Positions 57,040 to 64,000 of a stretch of DNA of 64,000 nucleotides are shown piece by piece (position 1 is the first letter of the stretch; every line of letters starts with the position of its first letter). Source of the stretch: Bacteriovoracaceae bacterium (GTDB lineage Bacteria; Bdellovibrionota; Bacteriovoracia; Bacteriovoracales; Bacteriovoracaceae). The position numbers and the translations under genes were made by a program. The stretch spans positions 12,136-76,135 of the forward strand of contig JBLWTJ010000005.1 of assembly GCA_048270185.1 (NCBI GenBank), written 5' to 3'. Under the pieces are notes generated by a model that ran no database searches, was not told the DNA's origin, and saw only the letters and a list, made by a program, of their open reading frames with translations.

Positions 57040-57116
57040 ATCGTGGAAAATGTTATAAAAAAGGGTTAAAATTTATCAATTCAAATTAATTAGGTATTTC
57101 AATAGAAGGAAGGTCT

Positions 57117-57923
57117 ATGGGATTTTTGACACCTGTTTTATCTACAGTTGTTAGTACAACTTCTGAGCAGATGAGTCTCTGGGAAAGAATGAAACCACCA
57201 GAAGATATCTCTGTGCATGGTCATTTAATTGACTGGTTATTCGGTTACACAACTTACATGAACATTTTATTCTTTGCACTTGTGTGTGCAGGTTTATTTG
57301 GTTTCTCTTATTTTTACGCAGCTAAGAGACACCCTAAACCATACTACACATACGGTAATAAGAAGATTCATATCATTGTTGCAACACTGATTGGACTTTC
57401 AGTTTTCCTTGGTATCGACATGAACATTACAAGAATGTCTAACGACGACTATGTTAATGTTTTTACTAATTGGCCAAAGGAAGAAGAGAATCCAGTTCGT
57501 ATCCAAGCACTTGCTCAACAGTGGGCATGGCACTTTAGATATGCTGGTGCAGACAATATTTTCAACACTGAAGATGATGTTGTTAGACTTAACGATCTAA
57601 GACTTCCTATTGATAGAAAAGTAATCATTCAAGTTCTTTCAAAAGATGTAATCCACTCACTTTATTTTCCAAACGCTCGCCGTAAAGTTGATGCGATTCC
57701 TGGACGTTTAACACGTATGTGGTGGCAACCAACGAAAGCTGGTACTTGGGATATTGCTTGTGCGGAAATGTGTGGAACTTATCATTATAGAATGAAGGCG
57801 TCTCTTACGACTTACAGTCAAGATGACTATGCTGCTTGGCTTGCAGAAGCACAAGATAAAGCACTTCAAGAAAACGATGCTGAAAACCCTGAGTTATTCT
57901 GGGGTTGGAAGTGGCAGTACTAA
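57117..57923 (+). CDS. coxB: Cytochrome c oxidase subunit II (CuA)
   Basis: QQWAW, DVIHS, DAIPG, CAEMCGTYHYRM. Confidence 0.93.
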   Translation: MGFLTPVLSTVVSTTSEQMSLWERMKPPEDISVHGHLIDWLFGYTTYMNILFFALVCAGLFGFSYFYAAKRHPKPYYTYGNKKIHIIVATLIGLSVFLGIDMNITRMSNDDYVNVFTNWPKEEENPVRIQALAQQWAWHFRYAGADNIFNTEDDVVRLNDLRLPIDRKVIIQVLSKDVIHSLYFPNARRKVDAIPGRLTRMWWQPTKAGTWDIACAEMCGTYHYRMKASLTTYSQDDYAAWLAEAQDKALQENDAENPELFWGWKWQY

Positions 57924-57949
57924 TTTAATAATTATTAGGAGAATATAAA

Positions 57950-59689
57950 ATGGCATTTTTCGAGCAACATATTCACTCAGAGCCAAAAACTTTTATCTCA
58001 AAGTATATTTTCTCTTACGATCACAAGGTGATTGGTAAGCAGTTTCTTTGGTATGGAATTATTGGTTTAGGTTTAGGTGGGATGATGGCCCTTATGATTC
58101 GCTGGACTCTAGCGTTTCCAGGTGAGGCATTCCCAATTCTTGGAAATCTTCTTTTCCCTTCAACAGGAGGAGTTGTTCCACCAGATACATACGCCATGCT
58201 ATTTACTATGCACGGTACGATCATGATTTTCTACGCAATTACTCCAATCTTAATTGGTGCGTTCGGAAACTATCTTATCCCGCTTCAAATTGGGGCAAGA
58301 GATATGGTCTTTCCATTACTTAATATGCTTTCATTCTGGATTGCAGCAGTTTCTGCAGTAATCTTAGTCGCTTCACTTTGTCTTCCACTTGGTGCAGCTG
58401 CTGGTGGATGGACTTCATACCCAACTCTTTCAACACTAATTGGATCTCCTGGTGCTGGTCAGACTCTTTGGTCACTAGCTCTTTTCCTTCTTGGTGTTTC
58501 ATCAACAATGGGTGCAGTTAACTATATTACAACGGTTATCGTTCTTAGAGCTCCAGGAATGGGATACTTTGATATGCCACTTTCTGTTTGGGGTCTATGG
58601 CTTACAGCTATTCTAAACGCGATTTTCCTTCCAGTTCTTGGTGCCGGTCTTTTACTTCTAATTTTTGACCGTGTTTTTGGAACAACATTCTTCCTTGCTG
58701 GTGCTGCTGCAACAACAGGGACAGGTGATCCAATTCTTTACCAACACGTATTCTGGATCTTTGGTCACCCTGAAGTATATATCCTTATCCTTCCTGCATG
58801 GGGGATCGTATCAGACTTACTTTCATTCTTCGCAAGAAAGCCTGCGTTTGGTGCAAAGGCGACTGCTCTTTCAATGACGTCGATTACAATTCTTTCGACT
58901 CTTGTTTACGGTCACCACATGTATACGACTCAAATGAGTCCACTTTTAACTCAAACATTTATGACTCTTACAATGACGATCTCAATTCCTTCAGCAATCT
59001 TCTTTGCTAACTGGCTTGGGACAATCTGGAAAGGGTCAATCAAATTCGATACTCCAATGATCTTCTCTCTGGGTGTAGTATTCGTATTTGGTCTTGGTGG
59101 TTTAACTGGTCTATATTTAGCAACAGTTACAACTGACCTTTACCTACACGATACATACTTCGTAGTTGGTCACTTCCACTACACGATGGCAGCATCTGTT
59201 CTTCTTGGTGGGTATGCAGCAATTTATTTCTGGATGCCAAAAATGTTTGGTAAATTCCTTAATGAATTCTGGGGTAAAGTACACTTTTGGATCACAATGC
59301 TTGGTCTAAACGGTGTTTTCATGGGAATGATGATTGTTGGTTATGCAGGTATGCACAGACGTCTTTATAACCCATTTGTATATGAATTTATGGAAAGAAT
59401 GATTCCAATTAATAAGTTTGTTACTTACTCAGCTCTACTTATGGGGCTAGGACAAATTCCATTTGTTATTAACTTTGTTTACACAATCTTCTTCAAAAAA
59501 GAAAAAGAGCCTGTTTCTGATAACCCATGGAATGTAGGTACACTTGAATGGACAATTCCTTCACCAGCTCCGGTTTATAACTTTAAAGAAATTCCAGTTG
59601 TAAAATGTGGGCCACACGAATTAGGAAACCCTAATTTACCTGAAGGAAAAGACTTCCAGTACCAAACTGAAGAGCTTGTTGAGGCGTAA
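57950..59689 (+). CDS. coxA: Heme-copper oxygen reductase subunit I, A family
   Basis: DHKVIG, TMHGT, GHPEVY, GHHM, HDTYFVVGHFHY, GMHRR. Confidence 0.96.
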   Translation: MAFFEQHIHSEPKTFISKYIFSYDHKVIGKQFLWYGIIGLGLGGMMALMIRWTLAFPGEAFPILGNLLFPSTGGVVPPDTYAMLFTMHGTIMIFYAITPILIGAFGNYLIPLQIGARDMVFPLLNMLSFWIAAVSAVILVASLCLPLGAAAGGWTSYPTLSTLIGSPGAGQTLWSLALFLLGVSSTMGAVNYITTVIVLRAPGMGYFDMPLSVWGLWLTAILNAIFLPVLGAGLLLLIFDRVFGTTFFLAGAAATTGTGDPILYQHVFWIFGHPEVYILILPAWGIVSDLLSFFARKPAFGAKATALSMTSITILSTLVYGHHMYTTQMSPLLTQTFMTLTMTISIPSAIFFANWLGTIWKGSIKFDTPMIFSLGVVFVFGLGGLTGLYLATVTTDLYLHDTYFVVGHFHYTMAASVLLGGYAAIYFWMPKMFGKFLNEFWGKVHFWITMLGLNGVFMGMMIVGYAGMHRRLYNPFVYEFMERMIPINKFVTYSALLMGLGQIPFVINFVYTIFFKKEKEPVSDNPWNVGTLEWTIPSPAPVYNFKEIPVVKCGPHELGNPNLPEGKDFQYQTEELVEA

Positions 59690-59694
59690 TTGAG

Positions 59695-60276
59695 ATGGAA
59701 CAAGTAATAACGAATAGAGACATTGAAGCAAGAAAGCTAACATCATCGATTGCGATGATCGTACTTCTTGTTTCTTTTACGATGCTCTTTGCTTCGATGT
59801 TACTTGGTTACTCTGTTTACCGCTTAACTGCTGATGTATGGCCACCAATGGGAATGCCTAGAATTCCTCTGACACTTCCAATGGTGAGTACACTGGTAAT
59901 TGCGTTAAGTTCAATTGCATTAGTAATGTTTGAATCAGCTTTTAATTCTAAGAATACAAAAGCGATGAGAATTTACTTTGTATTAACTTTTGCGCTTGGC
60001 TTAGGCTTCATGTTTGTTCAATGGCAACTGTGGAAGTCAATGGCCATGATGGGGTTACACGCTTCTGGCGGTATATTCCCATCACTATTTTATGCATTAA
60101 CTTGGACACATGCTGCGCATATTGTTGCAGGTTTAATTGCACTTTTATTTCTCGTTCCTGTTGCTGTTAAAGGTTACAGAGCAGAGAGAATTACTTGGGT
60201 ACAGAATGTATCTAAGTTCTGGCACTTTTTAGGTGTCATTTGGTTAGTAATGTTTATCGTTATGTTTGTATTATAA
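59695..60276 (+). CDS. Cytochrome c oxidase subunit III-like protein (copy 2)
   Basis: FYALTWTHAAH, KFWHFLGVIW. Confidence 0.88.
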   Translation: MEQVITNRDIEARKLTSSIAMIVLLVSFTMLFASMLLGYSVYRLTADVWPPMGMPRIPLTLPMVSTLVIALSSIALVMFESAFNSKNTKAMRIYFVLTFALGLGFMFVQWQLWKSMAMMGLHASGGIFPSLFYALTWTHAAHIVAGLIALLFLVPVAVKGYRAERITWVQNVSKFWHFLGVIWLVMFIVMFVL

Positions 60277-60286
60277 GAGGATAGCT

Positions 60287-61168
60287 ATGAAGAAAATGGC
60301 ATTAACTTTAACAGCAATGTTTACAATTTTATCTTTGGTTTCATGCCAAGAAAACCATTTCAAAGAAGATAAAGTATTTGCGGGTGGTCTCTATGTTGAG
60401 AAAGATGTTCTTAATAGAGGGAAGCAAATCTATACTGAATACTGTATGCCATGTCACGGTGTGAAAGGCGATGGTGAAGGTGTAGCTGCAAAAGCAATGA
60501 AAGTTCCACCACGTGACTTTACTAAAGGTGTTTTCAAATTTGGTGAAGTTGAAGCGGGTACTCTTCCACATGATAAGCACTTCTATAAAATTCTTGAAAA
60601 AGGTCTTCACGGGACAGCAATGCTTCCATGGGATCTAACTGAAGATCAAATGTTTGAAGTTGTTCAGTATATCAAAACTTTTGCTCCTCAAGTTTGGGAA
60701 GGAAAAGATAAAGAACTTGGAAAGCAAGTTGTGCTAGGTAAAAACCCATACGGTGTTGCTCACGTTGAATCAGCTATCGAAGAAGGGAAGAAAGTTTACC
60801 ACGCAGATGCAATGTGCTGGTCATGTCACAGAGCCTACGTACCAAAAGATGAGTTAGCAAAACTAACTGGTATGGGTACAGGGGATTTCTCTGAAGCAGA
60901 TTACCAAGTAAAACTTCAAGAAACAGAGTGGGGATTCAAATCACTTCCACCAGATTTTACTTGGAATGATATTCGTTCAGCTGAAACTGTAGAAGAAATT
61001 GCAATTCGTCTAGCATCAGGTGTTGGTGGAACTGCAATGGCCGCTTGGAAAGGAACTCTAACAGATGATCAAATTTGGGCAGTTTCACACTACGTACACT
61101 ACCTTAAAAGCTTAAAAGATACTGAAGCTCGTAAAGTGCTAATGGATCGAATTAAAAACCAACAGTAA
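60287..61168 (+). CDS. Diheme cytochrome c lipoprotein
   Basis: Lipobox LVSC, CMPCH and CWSCH, GTAM axial Met motifs; ATG 60287 after GAGG. Confidence 0.88.
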   Translation: MKKMALTLTAMFTILSLVSCQENHFKEDKVFAGGLYVEKDVLNRGKQIYTEYCMPCHGVKGDGEGVAAKAMKVPPRDFTKGVFKFGEVEAGTLPHDKHFYKILEKGLHGTAMLPWDLTEDQMFEVVQYIKTFAPQVWEGKDKELGKQVVLGKNPYGVAHVESAIEEGKKVYHADAMCWSCHRAYVPKDELAKLTGMGTGDFSEADYQVKLQETEWGFKSLPPDFTWNDIRSAETVEEIAIRLASGVGGTAMAAWKGTLTDDQIWAVSHYVHYLKSLKDTEARKVLMDRIKNQQ

Positions 61169-61187
61169 TTTAAAGAAAGAGATAGTA

Positions 61188-61874
61188 ATGGCCAGCTTAG
61201 GTATTAGAAGATCAAATAATATAATTGAAATGCTTGTTTCAAAGAAAGCATTTTGGTTAGTATTTATTTTATACTTCTTTTCGGTACCTTTATTAAAATC
61301 AGTTAATAGAGAGTTACCACCTGAGCTACCAATCTTAAAAACACTACCTGAGTATACGCTAACGAATTCTTTTGGGAAACCATACGGATCGGCTGAGCTA
61401 AAAGGACGTGTTTATATTGCAAATTTCATTTTTTCGACATGTCCATCAAGTTGCTTAAGGTTAACTGCAGAAATGCAGAAGATTCAAAAAAGAGTAAGAG
61501 GACTTGGCCAGAAAGTTGCTCTTGTTTCTTATACTGTTGATCCTGAGACAGATAACCCTAAGACATTATTCAAATATGCTAGAAAACATCAAGCAAATCC
61601 TTATATTTGGTCATTCTTAACTGGAACGACAAAGCAGATGCAGGATATAATTATAGATGGATATAGTGTACCGATGGGAAAAATGGAAGAGGTTAAGGCC
61701 AACGTTGACGGTCAAACAGTTACAATGTTTGATATTGCTCACTCGGAAAAGCTTGTTCTTGTGGATTGGGAAGGAAGAGTTAGAGGTTATTACGACTCAA
61801 CTAAGAAAGATATTAATAAGCTAATGATCGATGTAGGGTTATTAGTTAATAAAGAAGAATATTTAAAAAATTAA
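61188..61874 (+). CDS. SCO1/SenC copper chaperone
   Basis: FSTCPSSC, VDPETD, AHSEK. Confidence 0.92.
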   Translation: MASLGIRRSNNIIEMLVSKKAFWLVFILYFFSVPLLKSVNRELPPELPILKTLPEYTLTNSFGKPYGSAELKGRVYIANFIFSTCPSSCLRLTAEMQKIQKRVRGLGQKVALVSYTVDPETDNPKTLFKYARKHQANPYIWSFLTGTTKQMQDIIIDGYSVPMGKMEEVKANVDGQTVTMFDIAHSEKLVLVDWEGRVRGYYDSTKKDINKLMIDVGLLVNKEEYLKN

Positions 61875-61898
61875 ATCAAAAAATAAATGGAGATTAAA

Positions 61899-62183
61899 AT
61901 GTCTGAAGGCGCACATCACTCACATAAGAAATTATATATTTTTATTTTCTTCGTGCTAACTTTTCTAACGGCCGTTGAACTAGTTATCCCTGAAATCAAG
62001 AGTATTGCTAAGTTTTATCGTGATTCAGCTTTAATCCTTCTTGCCTTAGGGAAAGCTTTCTTAGTTGCATATTACTTCATGCACTTAAACGAAGAAACAA
62101 AGTGGACACGTTTTATTGCTGCGATTCCAATTTCAGCTGGTGTTTACGGAACAGTACTAATTTTAGAAGGAATGTTTAGATAA
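61899..62183 (+). CDS. Prokaryotic cytochrome c oxidase subunit IV
   Basis: LTFLTAVE, KAFLVAYYFMHL; three TMs. Confidence 0.88.
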   Translation: MSEGAHHSHKKLYIFIFFVLTFLTAVELVIPEIKSIAKFYRDSALILLALGKAFLVAYYFMHLNEETKWTRFIAAIPISAGVYGTVLILEGMFR

Positions 62184-62205
62184 GTTTAAACTTTAAGGAG
62201 CTCTT

Positions 62206-62391
62206 ATGTCAGAGAATACTAATACAAATACAGCTAATAATGCACATAGTGTAACTACTGATAAGCCATTACCAATAAAAGATGGTCAAATCCAAGCGAC
62301 AACTCCTTGGATTATTGGATTCTTAATTCTAGCTCTATTAGTTCTAAAAACATTCATTTATACAAAAGATAAAAAAAGACACGGAAAATAG
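62206..62391 (+). CDS. Small single-TM protein at the end of the cox operon
   Basis: RBS AAGGAG, one TM, basic tail. Confidence 0.65.
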   Translation: MSENTNTNTANNAHSVTTDKPLPIKDGQIQATTPWIIGFLILALLVLKTFIYTKDKKRHGK

Positions 62392-62400
62392 ATAAAAAAC

Positions 62401-62432
62401 AAAAAAGCCTACTTAATTGTAGGCTTTTTTTT
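62401..62432. terminator. Bidirectional terminator
   Basis: AAAAAAGCCTAC-TTAATT-GTAGGCTTTTTTT. Confidence 0.88.
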
Positions 62433-63215
62433 TATTTGGCTAAAATTAGCTCAGCAATTAAATCCTTTACACTGATTCCATCTTTCCCAAAGACTAAGCA
62501 ATAAATATCTTCATCATTGATAAAAACTATCCTCAAAAGTATAAGAAAATATTTTTGTTATTTCTTCAGGTGTTGAAACAATTAAATCATGGGCCACCCA
62601 TTTCGGATGATATTGATTTTTAATTTTAGAAATAGTTGGGAAAAAATATCTTTAAATTCATCTACGTTCTTAATTAAAAAAGTATTTTCTAAATTTAGTT
62701 TTTCATAAAATGTTTTTGAAATAATTTTATCAAATGAAAGTTCAAAAGTTTGTTCTAATATTTTTTTTTAAAATAATAACCAATATTAGAATAGAAAAAA
62801 GTATTCTCATTTGTTTTTTGATTACCTTGTTCAAAAACAATATCAATTAAACGCTCTATCGGCAGACGAGTAGACGGATTGCTCGTGAGAGCTTCTTTGT
62901 ATTCGTTAGTATAACCATAGTCAGCTAAACCTGATAATGAGTTAGTAATTTTTTTATCGTTATATTTTTAACCCATTCATTTTTTAGTTTTGGAATATAA
63001 AAAGAAAGTGTATCGCTTAATTTTACTCTATCGTTTTCAACACATTTGAAAATTAAAGAAGCGATTAAAGTTTTAGTAATACTATATAAAGGAAACGTTA
63101 ATGCTTTTACGTTCGTTGTTATATTACTTGCAATGATTATGAATTCATCGTGATTAAAACGAGTAAAGTGATATGAACAATTTAATTCTTCTAATTTTGT
63201 TTTTAAGACTTTCAT
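62432..63215 (-). pseudogene. Disrupted beta-lactamase-family serine hydrolase
   Basis: YSITK (SxxK) and LLTH in one frame. After a frameshift at ~62935 the reading continues GLADYG...FFYSNIGY (YxN)...YHPKWVAH, then stops near 62516. The C-terminal third is missing. Confidence 0.75.
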
Positions 63216-63220
63216 AAGAC

Positions 63221-63246
63221 AAAAAAAAACCTGCATTAAGCAGGTT
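63221..63246 (-). terminator. Terminator of the cyclophilin gene
   Basis: AACCTGC-ATTAA-GCAGGTT with an A-run to the left. Confidence 0.8.
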
Positions 63247-63271
63247 CTCTATATTTAAATTTTAAAAATTA

Positions 63272-63847
63272 TTATTCAATATACTCAGCACTAATAATTT
63301 TATCGCCTTTCTTTATTTTCTTTAAAATATTAAGGCCATCTACTACTTGTCCAAATACAGTATACTTATTATCTAAGTGTGGAAGTGCAGTTAGAGCAAT
63401 ATAGAATTGCGAATCGGCACTATTTTCATCAGTTAAAGTTCGGGCCATGGCCATTGTCCCTTCTACATGACTTATATTATTAAATTCAGCCTGTATCTTT
63501 TTGCCTGAACCACCAGTACCAGTGCCTGTTGGATCTCCTGTTTGTACAACAAAGTTAGAAATAACACGATGAAATGTTAGTCCATCATAAAAACCACTTT
63601 GAATGAGCTGAATAATACGTGCAACAGTATTAGGAGCCTTTTTCGGATAGAATTTAAACGTGATTACACCATAAGAAGTCTTAATAATTCCTTCTGATTC
63701 AGATAATCCAGTACGATCTACTTTTATTTTAAAGACATCGACTCTTTTGTCCGATGGTGTTTCTTGTGAAATTTGATCAGTATTTTTACTGCATCCTAAA
63801 ATAAAGCATAGAAATAATGATATTCTTACAAACCTTCCAATAGCCAT
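63272..63847 (-). CDS. Cyclophilin-type peptidyl-prolyl isomerase, lipoprotein
   Basis: Lipobox ILGC, FYDGLTFHRVI, QTGDP, AMAR, SQFYI, YTVFGQV. Start ATG 63847. Confidence 0.93.
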   Translation of the reverse strand: MAIGRFVRISLFLCFILGCSKNTDQISQETPSDKRVDVFKIKVDRTGLSESEGIIKTSYGVITFKFYPKKAPNTVARIIQLIQSGFYDGLTFHRVISNFVVQTGDPTGTGTGGSGKKIQAEFNNISHVEGTMAMARTLTDENSADSQFYIALTALPHLDNKYTVFGQVVDGLNILKKIKKGDKIISAEYIE

Positions 63848-63889
63848 TGTTGAGAATCTCCTTGTATATATGAAATTATGATAGGTATT

Positions 63890-63961
63890 TAAAAAAAATG
63901 CAAAAAAAAGTAAAAAAAAAGAAAAAAGAGTATTGACAGATAAAACGAGAAGACATAAATT
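63890..63961 (+). promoter_or_regulatory. Strong sigma70 promoter with A-tract UP element, pointing out of the window
   Basis: TTGACA (63933-63938)-N17-TAAATT (63956-63961) preceded by four A-tracts ~10 bp apart. Confidence 0.7.
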
Positions 63962-64000
63962 ACGTTTCACCTTGAGAGATGAACGACAAGCATCACTGCA

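Noticed and set aside
57067..57080. FNR-like box TTAAA-ATTT-ATCAA upstream of coxB
   Set aside because: Only one half-site matches, in very AT-rich DNA.
63848..63970. N-terminal extension of the cyclophilin in the ORF track (likewise 268, 9219, 13242, 14978, 29711, 60266)
   Set aside because: The extensions run through promoters or neighbouring genes; downstream ATGs have an RBS and/or proper signal peptides.
1..64000. CRISPR arrays, tRNA/rRNA genes, IS elements, prophage or defence genes
   Set aside because: No spaced direct repeats, cloverleafs, transposase, integrase or phage motifs were recognised by eye; dedicated tools were not run.

Overview
AT-rich bacterial chromosomal window, most likely from a predatory Bdellovibrionota of the Halobacteriovorax/Bacteriovorax group. 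This is inferred from a hit-locus-like tad/YD-repeat cluster, tandem short flagellins and a TIGR04552-like protein. Left part: partial pgpA, a RelA/SpoT-synthetase-like protein of unknown function, recG-greA, an ABC1 kinase, two flagellins with GGA-hairpin leaders, and a probable 6S RNA. At 13.2-23.5 kb lies a Flp/Tad type IVc pilus locus (five pilin-like genes, cpaA, cpaB, cpaC, fused cpaE-cpaF, tadB), followed by a toxin-less YD-repeat protein and a Bd0108(hit)-like secreted microprotein. Two further related microproteins sit behind matching sigma54 + IHF-like promoters. Middle: ALDH, a PQQ sugar dehydrogenase, lon, glmU-glmS-pcrA/uvrD, AsmA-like, Ppx/GppA and thiolase genes. At 43.5-62.4 kb is an ~19 kb respiratory supercluster: Rieske, split cytochrome b6/subunit IV, an 8-heme cytochrome c, two heme A synthase-like domains (one fused to CtaB) and a heme-copper oxidase whose K-channel lysine appears replaced by Phe. 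An oppositely oriented TDO/kynureninase-like/acyltransferase operon interrupts it. Right end: a frameshifted serine-hydrolase pseudogene, a cyclophilin and a strong outward sigma70 promoter. No CRISPR array, tRNA, rRNA or mobile element was recognised. All calls come from motif reading by eye; no database search was run.
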